Of a DNA stretch of 64,000 nucleotides, positions 50,762-64,000 are shown piece after piece. The stretch lies in assembly GCA_951406725.2 (NCBI GenBank), contig OX597816.1:175770001-175834000 (forward strand), in the 5' to 3' direction. The DNA is from Octopus vulgaris. Lineage: Eukaryota. The notes under the pieces were generated by a model. The model saw nothing but the letters and a program-made list of their open reading frames with translations, was not told the DNA's origin and did no database searches. How positions within the stretch are numbered: the first letter of the stretch is position 1; each line of letters opens with the position of its first letter. Made by a program: the position numbers and the translations under genes.

Positions 50762-52779
50762 CTAAAAGAAGAAAGTCAAAAGAGGAGGAAAAATAATTTA
50801 ATTTAAGAAATGGAAAACAATAATTAATTAAAAGAAATTTTTATGCCATTTTCCCCTACATAAACAAGTACAATAACCATAGTTCATAAAATTTTAACTT
50901 TCATCCAAACAAGTGCAGTTATTTTTAAAAACTGATATGAGAAAACTGTTCATTGTAGATTTACTAAAGAATTAGATTCTTTCCTTTGAAATTCTGATAT
51001 TTTTAATTCTAAGTATAGATGTGTGAAAAAAAATGTTGTTACTTTTGTACATAAAATGTATATCTGTATACATGTACATATGTATTTAGAATATAGTAGT
51101 AAATTAGCATAGTAAGATATTTTATGCTGAATATGTATTTTAATTCTGCTTGATGGGAAGAGAGAACATATATATGTTTCTAAGACTAAATGCTAAGAAG
51201 CTTTTGACTTCTTCAGATGATATCATTCGAATGAGTGGGCATTACTATTCAAATGTAAAGAATTTGACAATGTTTAGTGAAAGAATTTCAGAGAGGACTT
51301 CATTAAAGAAGATTAGTGTGTGCACATGTATGTCTTTATATATTTCTTTGTATGAGGTAGTGAAAGGGACAAGTGTTTTGGTTTGATATTAGAGTGAGAA
51401 CAACTGAATGGATCTCAAGTATTTTTGTATAGATATGAGTGGGTGGGGAGAATTTGAGTGTTCTATGCATGTCAGTTGGTAAACAGCTGGTCTATGAATA
51501 TATGTGTATTGTATATAGGTATATATAGTGTATATACTGTGTATGAATCCTGGAGTAGAGTTAGAATTGTTGTAGTCAAGAGCAGTTCAGATTATTGTTG
51601 GTGGTGAAAATTTGTTTGCTAAAGTTGTAAAAATTCTTATTTTATACATCATTTACGTTTGTTTTAAAGATCAATGTTTTTATCTATTTATTTTATCTGT
51701 GTGATTATATTGCAGGCTTTCAAGTGCATAGTTAACATTTTAAAAGCGATATATGAATGTGTGCGCATATGTCTATCTCTTACACACTTACAGTTTTGGT
51801 AATTGGGGAGTGATAGCCAAGTCCATGACATTCAGGTTTTGACAATAAATGACACAAGAAAATCTCTCTTCCCTATGGAGTACTTTACATTCTATTCCAA
51901 GATGTTCTTAAAAACTGACTATCAGTCAGTCTTAAAAACACACTGAAATAGTAAACTTAGTTTTGATAGTAAATTTTAGCATATAAAGCTGTTGTTGTAT
52001 CATGTGGTTCATTTCTTAGTGTTACTGTGATAATTATTATGGTCTGAGTTACTGATAAAAAGAGCATTATTAACTTAATTCCCTGCAAGGTTAGATAGAA
52101 TATTGATAAAGAAATATTAGTTAGACTTGCTTTTATATGTTAAAGGATAAATGTATCTGTGAAGCAATGAAGGAGTTTGGGGAATGATTATTGATCAGAG
52201 TCAGCCTAATATCATTGCTGCTACTATAGCAAGACTGGAATTTATGTAAAATGTTTACTGATGAAGATGAAGATAATATGAAGCTATCAATCCTGAAATA
52301 TACCTTGCCAAATAGTTGAATATTCATTCTTCCCAACAACCTGCACCACCTCATGATATATGCCTAAAATAATAGCACTAACAAAAGAAATGCTAATAGT
52401 CATCTTAGCAAGATTATACATTAAGAGATACTTTCCCAGATGTGCTTAGACTAGAACTATTTAAGTTTGCGATCAATATATTTCAGTAAAACCAATTTTA
52501 TCAGAGACAGGAAAACTGAAACAATCATTTGAATCTTTTTATATTGGTACTGCACCAAACAAAATTTTAAATGCTACAAGGAAGCAACCATTTATTTGGC
52601 AAAATACTCCATCAACCTGTAATTAGTGACATGTTCCAAATATCTTAGCCTAAAACTTGGCCTGCTTCTCTAGCTTAGATGTTACTGCTGTTTAGTGCAA
52701 ATCATGCATCGTGTGCAAGTTAGAATGATACTAAAAAAAAGTACTATATAGATGTAATCAATAATAATGGTAATAATAA

Positions 52780-54280
52780 TCCTTTCTATTGTAGGCACAA
52801 GGTCTGAAATTTTAAGTAAGGGATTAAGTTGATTACATCAACCCCAGTGCATAACTGGTACTTATTCAAACGACCCTGAAAGGATGAAAGGCAAAGTCGA
52901 CTTTGATAGTGACAAATGAAATACCAAGTATTTCACCCAGTATGCTAACGATTCTGCCAGCTCACTGCCTTAATAATGATAATAATAATAATAATCCTTT
53001 CTACTATGGGCAGAAGATCTGAAATTTAGGGAGAGGGGCTTAGTTGATTACTCACCCACCAGCGTTCAACTAGTACTTATTTTATCAGCCTTCATAAAAT
53101 AATGATGAAAGGCAGTCAGCAGAATTTGAACTCAGTGCATAAAGCTGGAAGAAATAATGCCACTAAGCATTGTATCTGACAGGCTAGTGATTCTGCTAGC
53201 TTATTATTATTATTATTATTATCATTATCATTAGGAGTGGCTGTGTGGTAAGTAGCTTGCTAACCAACCACATGGTTTTGGGTTCAGTCCCACTGCGTGG
53301 CATCTTGGGCAAGTGTCTTCTGCTATAGCCTCGGGCCGACTAAAGCCTTGTGAGTGGATTTGGTAGATGGAAACTGAAAGAAGCCTGTCGTATATATGTA
53401 TATATATATGTGTGTGTATGTGTTTGTCCCCCCACCATTGCTTGACAACCGATGCTGGTGTGTTTACGTCCCCATCACTTAATGGTTTGGCAAAAAGAGA
53501 CCGATAGAATAAGTACTGGGCTTATAAAGAATAAGTCCTGGGGGTCGATTTGCTCGACTAAAGGCGGTACTCCAGCATGGCCGCAGTCACATGACTGAAA
53601 CAAGTAAAAGAGTAAAGGCAGCAAGCTGGCAGAATCATTTGCATGCCAAGAAAAATGCTTAGTTACATTTCATCCATCTTTATGTTCTGACTTCAGATTC
53701 CACCAAGGTCGTCTTTGCCTTTCATCCTTTTAGGGTTGATAAATTAAGTATCAGGGAAACACTGGAGTTGCTGTAATCAACTAGTCCCCCCCCCCCAACA
53801 AATTTCAGCCTTTATGCCTTTAGTTGAAAGGATTATTATTATCATTATTATTGTTATTATTATTATTATTCAAGCATCGAGCTGGCAGAATTATTAGCAT
53901 GATGAGTTCAAATTCTGCTGAGGTCAACTCTGCCTTTCATCCTTTTGGGGTTGATAAATACTGGTGAAACAGGGGCTGATGTAATTGACTAGTCCTCTTC
54001 TACAAAATTTCAGGCTTGTACCTACAGTAGAAAGGATTATTATTATTATTATTATTATTATTGAAGGTGGTGAGCTGGCAGAGTCATTAGCATGCTGGGC
54101 AAAATGCTTAGCGACATCTTGTCTGTCCTTATGTTCTGAGTTCAAATTCCGCTGAGATCAACTTTACCTTTCATTCTTTCGGGGTGGATAAATTAAATAC
54201 CAGTGAAACACTGAGGTCAATGTAATCGACTAGTCCCCTGCCCCCAAAATTTCAGGCCTTGTGCCTTCAGTAGAAAGGAC
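52780..54280. mobile_element. SINE nest: two minus-strand family A, one family B, three plus-strand family A copies
   Basis: A(-) 52780-52970 and 52996-53200; B(+) 53233-53614; A(+) 53615-53832, 53871-54037 and 54063-54279; (TAA)n/(TTA)n spacers. Confidence 0.85.
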
Positions 54281-55256
54281 TTATTATTAACACTAAAATG
54301 CAATAATACTGCAAAGTATGAAAATTTTATACACTGGGACAAGGACAGTTGCTTGGGATAGTACCATGCAAAGATTTAATTCAACAGATTGGAGGACAAC
54401 AGAAGATTAAAGTGAATATTTTCAGTGGTTTATATGTTAAAGAATTAATGGGAAGAAAATGCAATCTAAAAATTATTTACTTTTATCATTTTTAATGCCA
54501 CAAGGAAAAATAAACATTTCAGTTGCTGAACAGATGTTCAGGAATTATGCACTGATCTAGAAAAGCAACCTAATCCGTGGTTTAAACTGAACAATTAATA
54601 GAGGAAGGCAGTGTTAATATATAAACCATGAAGTAGACAGATATGCACACGCACACATGCATTAAAAGAAAAGATGTATATTATGCATACAAAAAAGAAA
54701 AATTTTCACTCAAATTATTTAGATTGTTTAAGTAAGATTTGTGAAAGACAAGAACAAAAGCAATGAGAGGCAAAAAATGTGCAATAAAATGAAAAGAAAA
54801 AAAATGAAAGAAAGAAAAACGACAATTACTTAAAATGAATTAGTTTAAAAACATTAGGAATAAAAGAAGAAAAGCATAAAAACTAAATAAACGAACAGAA
54901 AGCTACGGTTTTGTGGCTTTTCAATTATTTTCAGTTTACGTGGTTTACTTATAATTTACCTCAACTACTTTTTGCATTTAGTTTATTAATTGACTATGGT
55001 TAATAGTTCAATGACAGAAAGAAATTGTTAGTGATGGGTGGAGGTCAAGGAAAGAGAACAAAAAAAGGGGTTCTGTGTAGAGAAAAATGTATAAGTTAGA
55101 TTTTGGGGCTGCTAAACTTTACTCCACAAACAGCAATGATAATTTTATAGAAATATATACAAAGGGGTACTTGCATGTGACAGTGCTGCATAATAAATGA
55201 AGTTAATAAAACAAAAGCATGCCTGGTTATTAGAACATTTTACTAGAAGGGTCTTT

Positions 55257-55289
<33 letters not shown>

Positions 55290-57019
55290 AGGAAAAGCTA
55301 AATACTAGTAAAGATTCCAGAAACATTCTCAAAATTTGTTTAATTACTAGGAGTTACTTGGACTAGATACTTTTTGGGTTAGTTTTTTGAAAGGCAGTGA
55401 AACTGAATCAACACTTATGCATTGAAGGTAATGATTTCATGATTTCATCCTCATCTACTTTGCAAAAGATAAACCATGAAGTTGACACCCAACAACAGTT
55501 TTAGAATTTGAAATAATCATCTCAACTGCATAAAATCTTTAACTTCTCATTAAAAAATAAAATACGATTATTGGATAGATCTGCATATATCATGAAATCT
55601 AACACTGTTTCTTCACTATCAAACATGGTGTAGAAGTGGCAACTCTAACTTAGCTGGTTGAACAAAGTAAATTTGCTTGAAGTAGTGTGTCAACTGGAAA
55701 ACGTTTTAATTGTTAAACTTTGAATCATTTGTAGAAGCTGTATTTATTAATATTTCTGTAACAATAACTTTAAAGTATTTTATCTACAGATCAATGAGGA
55801 AAGACTAGGGTTCAAAATATGTACAAAAAAGTTAATAAAAAAAAAGATCCAAAGTGATGTAAACAAAAAAGTTCTATAAACTCTAGGCATCTTTACATAA
55901 ATTGTCTTCCTAACCATTTGAAATAGGTACCACGTTTTTTTGGAATTTTATGATATAAACTGATAGGGAAATTAACTTATATGTTTAGAGCCATAAAACT
56001 AAAGCTAAACATCAGATCTTATACCCACTTCTTAGAGAATAAGGGACACGCTGACATTACAGTTTGACTAGGGGCAAAGCAGATTACCTAAACTGAGGTT
56101 TGAACACATGTAGTAGTTTGTCCACACATTCACTGCAAGTATGCTGAATGAGTGTGTGCATGACTAGTCCTTGTAGTATTTTTTCTATGAGTCTAAAGAA
56201 CATTAGATATAATCCCACACAGTGCCTAAGTTGGATGAACCCTAATTTGGCATGGATGTTATCAATACTGATTTACAAACAGGTTTCTTTTTCACATGTA
56301 GCTCTTCATTTAGTATTGAGTTTTGACCATTTCTAAGATATCTAAATTTAGATGCCAAAAAAGGTATCTACAAGTAGGCTGCCAGTGAAAATGGTTAAAA
56401 AAAGGTATGTACAATTTCTCTCTCTACCAATGAAATTATATCTAATCAATGCAGCCCAGCCCACTTCTCATGCTCTTTTACATTTATGTAGATCTTACAG
56501 AGCAGTGTAAGATGACTAGAAAATGCATGAGGATTAGATATCAAATGAAGTAGAACACAATTTTGAGATGTTTTTTTGATAGAAGATCTTTAACTTTGTA
56601 GATCGATTTAAAAAATTGCTATAGAATATTCTAAATATACTAATTCATTATAGCATTGTTAGAGAAAGACATCGATTGAAAAGTGAATAAGTTCATGAAA
56701 TATTGGGAATGTAGATTTTCTTTCTAGAAGTTGAAAGTCCATCCATCTACTGCATTTTAACTTGATAGTTTATCATTCATCTATGAACTGGATGTGAAAT
56801 AGTTTAATTATATTCAATATAGTAAACTGGGGGAATTAAATTAACTTGATTGAGAGTACCAATTCAAAGCTAGGGGAGATTTTAATGTAACACACAATAA
56901 CTTCTATATTATTTACCAAGTTTCTCAAAAGTCTGTATAGATTTAAAATATTTTTAAAGGCCCTCATGCACAAGCTAAGAGAGTTTTTCTTCTAAAAATC
57001 ACACACACACACATATATA

Positions 57020-57420
57020 CTCTCTCTTTACTCTTTTACTTGTTTCAGTCATTTGACTGCGGCCATGCTGGAGCACCGCCTTTAATCGAGCAAATCGACC
57101 CCGGGACTTATTCTTTTTTGTAAGCCCAGTACTTATTCTATCGGTCTCTTTTGCCGAACTGCTAGGTGACGGGGACGTAAACACACCAGCATCGGTTGTC
57201 AAGCAATGCTAGGGGAACAAACACAGACACACAAACACACACATATATATATATATACGACAGGCTTCTCTCTGTTTCCGTCTACCAAATCCACTCACAA
57301 GGCTTTGGTCGGCCCGAGGCTATAGCAGAAGATACTTGCCCAAGATGCCATGCAGTGGGACTGAACCCGCAACCATGTGGTTGGTTAGCAAGCTACTTAC
57401 CACACAGCCACTCCTGCGCC
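57020..57420 (-). mobile_element. SINE family B, apparently complete
   Basis: Reverse complement of 29290-29727. Confidence 0.88.
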
Positions 57421-58576
57421 TATATTTATGTTTCATAATATAAGTAGTATTGAAACTCTCTAGCATTTCAAGAAAGGTGCATCTAAAATTACAGAAGATA
57501 CTGAAGTGAACAATTCTGATGTTGATGCTTTTCAAAGGTAATTAGCAATGTAAATGAAGAAACAAGAATTCACACAAGATAGCAGACTCAGCTTTCTACA
57601 TCAATACTCACTGTTGAAGAGATCGTCTTGTAGTTATTGTCAGTTGCATAAACATACACAGAGAACTCTGAATGTAACTTATCTAAACATAATATTTACA
57701 GTAAGAGTGTATCAGCTGTTATGCATACATGGTGTGTTTCTGTGTGTAATATGTAGGAAAACTTTTAACAGAAAAATAGGTACTTAGTACACTTCATCGA
57801 GTAGAAAGATATACAATCTGATGCACAGTAACTAGTATTTCAAAGTCATACTTAAATGTATATAAAGTAAGTATAAGTTCAATACATTTGTCTATAAAAT
57901 AAATTTAAAAATTCTTGGGCACCCACCCATCCTTGCATTGTTAAAATTGTAGTTTATTTTGAAGGGATTCTAATAGCTATTAGATTGTGATGGATGAAGA
58001 TCCTCAAAGTCATCAACAAAATTGTTAAAAAAACAAATTAAATCTAAGATGAGGAAATATGTGTATGTTTAAAATGTTTTGAAAATCTGTTTAGTTTTTT
58101 TGTGTTTCATTAACCTTTCAAATTTACCCCATTTATACTCTAGATAATGAAAGAAATTTCAGAGAGGGAGAAGGGAAGAAATTTCAGAGAGGGAGAAGGG
58201 TTTAGTAAAGTCATAGACATGCTCTTGACTTAGAATTAATTTGGGAGGTCATTAACAATACTGCAAATAAAAGTATAAAATGATGAAAATCATAAATTTC
58301 TTTGCAGTAGAAATAATTTCTAGAACAACATATTTTAGCCATATCTGAATGGAAGTTGGATGTAGTCATGGGATGGAATATAATCGAGGGAAATAAACAT
58401 GTGCAGGAACAAGATAATTGATAGGGAAAGGCGGTTCAGCACCAACCCTTTACTTTTGAGTAGCAGTGGTAGTAGCAATAGTGATGGTAGTAATAGCGAT
58501 GGTAGTAAGTAAGGTTGCACAACTTCCTGTTGTCTTCGACATAAGCACCCCCAGCCTAATGGTAGCTCCTGCCTAC

Positions 58577-58798
58577 CTTAAGGATGGATTTCTCCTCCAT
58601 TTTTTCCATTTTGGCAGTTGCAGCTGCCTGGGCTAGGATTTCGCGCACCTGATCAGCTTCATCTTTCGAGGACATCACGTTGATACGCTTGTTCTTTAAG
58701 TGGTGTGGCGTGTCCCGGCGGCGTAGTTTATTTTCTTTCTCAGGCTGCTCCTCAATTTCAGGGGGGAAAATGACACGCCTGCGGTGGGGATCTACCTG
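58577..58798 (-). CDS. scrib: Scribble (LAP family) exon, region upstream of PDZ1; 74 codons, phase 0/0
   Basis: Minus strand ttttgtacag|CAGGTAGAT...CTTAAG|gtaggc. Translates QVDPHRRRVIFPPEIEEQPEKENKLRRRDTPHHLKNKRINVMSSKDEADQVREILAQAAATAKMEKMEEKSILK. KLxRRDTPHHLKNKR is the conserved Scribble motif (Drosophila KLHRRDTPHHLKNKR, recalled). GC-rich island in AT-rich intron. Confidence 0.9.
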
Positions 58799-61700
58799 CT
58801 GTACAAAATAACAGAATAGTGAATACTAACTCGACAGGTAGCTACCGGTGATTATGGCCCTCTTTAAGTACTATTGCCATTGCACAGGATGAGGACTAAG
58901 AAATTAGGATATGATTTCCTAAAAGCGTAAAAGGAACGATGATAAGAATAGTAATAATGATAATAATAATGATGATGATGATGATGGTGATGATGATAAA
59001 TAGATAAATAAATTTAGAACCACCTGTCTTTTCTCAATTTGCTAGAAATTTGGTTTCCAATGGTCAGAACAATCTTCAAGTAACCATATTAAACTGAAGT
59101 TAGATGACTTCAATTTAGACAGTGAAAGAATAGTTTAAATTAATAATGTTAATGTTTATAGGCTCTTTAAGAATGTTCAGATTTCCTGAAATAATTAGGC
59201 AATGAAGAACTCTTGATATGGTAAAATTCAAACAAAAACACTTTGCTATGAAGTTGTTTAAAATAAATTTAAGGTGTATCTCCAGTTAAATAACTATCTG
59301 CACCCACTTATCAACCCTAGATTAATTTACAAATTTATTAAGATATTGTTTAATTCCAAGGGAAGAATAGTGTATAAAACAAGATTTGAAAGGAGAAGAG
59401 AAAAAAAATAAACTTAAGAGAAATAAGCCGTTTATAATTGACTGAATGCAAATGAAGATAATGACTAGAGAGAAATCCTACAATTTCTAACACAAGTAAA
59501 GTCATATGAAACAACTATATGAAACAAGATACACTGAAGAAAGAGAATTACAGTTTTCTTGTCTGATCTGTTTGTGTGTTTTTAGAGATAGTTGAAGGTG
59601 TCATAAAGTAATGTATATATGTTAGTGCTTCATGCATTTTAGCATTTAGTGTTACAATTAGATTTCTGAAAGGGACAGAGCAAATTACCTTTGAACTAAA
59701 TTAAAACAAACTGGGAAGATCAAGAATATATGTGTGTACATGTATGCCAAATGGATAACAGAAAGTCTTAAGGAAATCTATTATACAATATGTTTAATTT
59801 GCAAAAGGATCTAGTGCTCCTAGTTCATTTGATCTTAAATTTCTAATACTAGGTTCAAATGGAAGAGGAGTAAACTTATTTCTAAAAGAATACTTATCAA
59901 CCAAGAATATTTTGGTGACCAGTTTTCTATAAAATATTCTTTAAAAAAATTAAATATAAACAACAAAAAAAATCATAATTGAAAGATCTGACAGATTTTA
60001 TCCCATAATGGGTGAATGCAACAGACATGCTAGGGGAGATGGTGCACTAACTACTCTTAAGAAGTGACATCACAAATGCACTAAAACAGTAGAATGGTAA
60101 AGCTAACAAAGACAAAAAAAAGAAAAACCCTGAAAACAAAAAAAATAAATAAATACCCCCACCCATCCACCCAAAATAAACAACAACAAAAATTTCCCTA
60201 TGGACATGTATGTAAGTACTTACCCAAAAGTATCATTGCACAAATTTAACAACAAAGGAATTTAATTTAATTTATTTTCTTATTCTCTGCAGATTTTGCA
60301 GGTAAAAAATTAAAATAAGGAAAACTGCTTCCAGATGATCATTAGGAAATAAATTGTGGTCAAACGATAGAAATAAAGAAGAAGATGGAACTTACAAGAA
60401 TTTCCAAAAGAACACTAAGATAAAATATTTTTCACGGGGAACTTTACTATGTCCTTTGAAACTTCTTCTAAAACTTGGCAGCCTAACTATAAATATTACT
60501 AAGAGCTCCATGCTACATATATATTAATAAAATACTGTTCCTCAGGGCAAGCTGGTCTTGTGCCTCCTTCACTCAGGCACTCCTGATCCACTCGTCTTTC
60601 CATCTCATATTACCCTTGCTGTGTTCAACCTCCAGGTCCCAAACTAATCACTATTCCTAGTCATACCTCACCTATGCATCAGTCCTCTGGAACTTGACTT
60701 TGCAACAATTTATATGGAACATTAACAGCATCATGATCACTAGTCTAGGAGGACCTGCAAAAGTCATGGATTGCAAATCCTCCAAGAATTCTTTCAGATT
60801 CAGGATAAAAGAAAATGTATAAAAACATTTCTTTTCAAAGCTGCCTTTTTGAACTAGAAACATTCTTGTATATCATTCAATATCAGAACATTTTCCAGGT
60901 AGTGATAAGATAAAAGAAAACTGTTTGTTTATTACATTCTTTGCTACAATCTATGAAAGTATCTTTAAAGAATAAAAGAAAATCTTATAAAAAATTCTGG
61001 ATTACTGCTTAATAGGAATTAACTATTTCCCTGGCTATATGGATTTTTCAGCTTATTTATTATTTCATCACAACCTAAGTAACTGAAATAGCCAAGAATC
61101 ACAAATAATTTTTTTTAAATTACAGAAAGAAAATTAAAATCAGTTTTCAATTAAAAATTTGAAAATTGGGTGAGTTACTCAAATTGTAGAGTAACAAAAT
61201 AAAAAAAGGGCAAAAACCTTAATGACAGGAATTTCCAATTCAAATAGATTTACAATTACTTAATATTTCCAATATATTTCAAAACTTGTATAATTTATCT
61301 GGGATTAAACACAAATATAAACTAATTAATTGAATCTATTGGTGAAAGTCAATATCTATTATCTGAAAATTGAACCCTTTAGGAAATGTACTTTAGTAGA
61401 AAATCAAAGAAGCAGCAAACTGAATACCTAATGTGTTTATCAATTTTAATGAATTAATCAAACAATAATAATTTTTTACGCAGGTGCAAAGCCACAAAGG
61501 TATTTATCTTATGAATCTTAGATAAGTGAAAGGTGAAGTCAATCTTCAAATAGAGTAGAACTTTAGATATGAAAGAATGAACTAAATGCAATCAATTTTG
61601 CTCTGTGCCCTACCAATTCTACCAACCGCTACTTTTCTGAACACAACAAAAATGTTGAGAATAATGACATACCAAATTATATAATCCTAAATAATCTTCT

Positions 61701-62811
61701 GAAAATGGAAATTATTTACTACATAAAGTAATTTCCTCTGCCATAAAAAATTCAAGAAACTGGTAAAAGATTCAAGAGTTATGACTGTTGCTATTAGACT
61801 TTTCAATATTAGTTTCATGACTTGATAGGATGAGTTATTTTGAAAGGTTATCTAGCATCCAGGTACTTGATATGTAGAACAATAATGCTGTGAATGCAAA
61901 GGAAATGTAAGCAAGTATCTTACATAATAATACTTATGAATTATTTACAATTGTTTAATTTGTTTTTTTAACTAGTTTCATAACTAAGTTATTACCTTCA
62001 AATAGAAACCTTAATGGAAGGGTCAAAAAGGAATCAAAATAGTGCAAGACTGAATATTCTGATGAAAATACATCAAAAGTTTACAGGGTTTTCATGCCAA
62101 GTTCAGTGAGAAAGAGCCATTGTCATTCATTTGTTTGCTTGTTTATTATTATTATTAAACTTACCTTATTGGATTAAAGAAACCAACCAAAAGTTAACTA
62201 AATTCAACAATTTCATTTTCTGAACAACCTTGCACGACCAAAGAACCATGCTATACCATGCAGACATAGAGCCTTATAAATTGGATGTCATTGTCACAGA
62301 GCTAGATTACTGAGAAAGAAAAACATGATTAGAGGAACTATCCCAGCATTCAAAAGGGACAGAGGTTAGTAGAATAGAAATCGTGCTGCAAAAAGTTATG
62401 GACTACTAAGCCTAGATTGTACAACACCAATAACAGCACTACAGAGAAGACTTTGCAACAATTTCTAGTTACTCATGAAAATGAATAGATAATATTATAT
62501 ACTACTAAAAAATAATTTTACTAAATTTACAGAGTAAAGCATTAATAATTATTATAAACAGAACAATAAAATCCAAATGATATTACAGTAAATAAATTAC
62601 CTTTATCTCTATTACTCTAAAGAAACCCAAAATTAAAATTACTGCATGATTGAGTTGCTTAAGATAATACTGGATAAAATTCTTACCAATAATCATTTAT
62701 TAGCCAAATTCTGAAACACTAGATTGAGGCATTTTTTTTTAAAGAACAATACCATAACTTAACATTAGTTTTGAATGGTTACTAACATTTACTTCTAAAT
62801 TTTTATGTTGT

Positions 62812-62845
<34 letters not shown>

Positions 62846-62859
62846 GAAGAAGAAGATAA

Positions 62860-63045
62860 TTCCTTCTAATTTGGCACAAGATCTGCAATTTGAAGGGGAG
62901 AAGAGTAAGTCATTTACATTGACTCCAGTACTTGAATGGTACTTTATTTTATCAACCCTGAAAGGATGAAAGGCAAAGTTGACCTCAGTAACTGGAAAGA
63001 AATACCATTGGGTATTGTGTTTGATACTTTAATGATTCTGCTTAA
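62860..63045 (-). mobile_element. Decayed SINE family A following a (GAT)n(GAA)n microsatellite
   Basis: tttatcaaccctgaaaggatgaaaggcaaagttgacctc core. Confidence 0.7.
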
Positions 63046-64000
63046 TCAATATGTCAATGTTGGCTATGATGATAACTTTCTACAGATGCATGAGACCTTA
63101 GAATTCTTATGGAAGGTGGTTGGAGTGTAATATTCAAGGTGTTTCCAACACAGCAATACAAATAAAGTGAAATGTTTCTAACCAGAACTCAAAAGTGAGA
63201 CACAGACTTGGTTTGCAGAGAACATAACCTTACTCTCTGTTGTTGTTTCTCTTGCTGTTCAATAACAACAACGTCGTCACATTGACATAAAGTCACAAAA
63301 TTGTAATGGACGGTGCAGCCAATTAATTACACTCAGTAGTTCATAGTTCTTTCTTAATTCTAGAGAGATTAAAAGTAACGCCAATCCTAGAATGATTTGA
63401 ACTTGGATTGTAGAGGGACAAAACTAAAAACTGTAAGGAATTTAATTTAACTCATTACTATTTCTCCTGCTTTACTAGTTTTAGTACATTACTGAATTTA
63501 GTTTTATCAACACTGAAGCAGTGAAATTAAATATGATCTCAAGCAGGATTTGGACAAAGAATAGCTAAATGCCAGATATATATGTATATTGTTGATATAA
63601 CCACTTGGTAAATATAAAGACTTAATAGAAAGAATGGATGGCAGGTCTAAATACTTATTCTCTCCTACAAATCTAATCCACAGTTTTTCATCCATCTGTT
63701 ACAATAGTTGCAAGGCTTATATTTTCACAACATAATCAATCAAAGAACTGTTACCAAATCAAGAAATTAAAAGCGGAAAATAATGGAATAATATTAATCT
63801 AGGCTTTACAGAAAAAACAAAACTAATAAGTTACTTTAAAATGTTGGTCTTCAAGTGTGGCTATACAAATACCAGATAAGCTCATTCTTCTCCTTATAAA
63901 TTTGTGACCTTGTGTTTAAGCAAGAAGTCAATGTAGAAAATAAACAAACAAGCAGTGTCAACATGTTAGCTTTGTTTTCTCAGAATGGTACCATTTTCAA

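Noticed and set aside
58150-58200. Two-copy tandem duplication (agaaatttcagagagggagaaggg)
   Set aside because: Ordinary slippage duplication with no further structure.
60672-60755. Minus-strand segment bounded by ttttgcag| and |gtgagg
   Set aside because: Stops in all three frames and no Scribble similarity; could only be a poison exon, for which there is no evidence here.

Overview
AT-rich, microsatellite-laden eukaryotic DNA. The SINE and RTE-LINE families look like those of octopus (cephalopod) genomes; this is an inference, no search was run. The whole window lies inside one large minus-strand gene, Scribble (LAP family: LRR + PDZ). Six small exons, not called as a unit by the ORF track, splice in frame: 58798-58577, 50761-50612, 33420-33343, 28377-28255/28276, 23819-23742 and 19017-18925. 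They encode the Scribble 'KLRRRDTPHHLKNKR' motif, all of PDZ1 and the first half of PDZ2. The rest is intron packed with transposons: two near-full-length RTE-type LINEs with a PHD-like finger inside the RT, several RTE and CR1 fragments, a TTAA-flanked piggyBac and a piggyBac MITE, a decayed Rep/helicase Helitron plus non-autonomous Helitrons, a Gypsy gag-protease relic, Tc1 and mariner pieces, and at least three SINE families. Most notable: a degenerate, acceptor-less PDZ C-terminal pseudo-exon at 374-469; a PDZ1 exon with no canonical donor; a perfect 122-bp inverted repeat in non-TE-looking intron; a Helitron containing an inverted copy of itself; and variable-number hairpin arrays in the LINE 3' UTRs. 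No prokaryotic features, CRISPR array, rRNA or true tRNA gene were seen. TE boundaries are approximate unless TIR/TSD positions are given.
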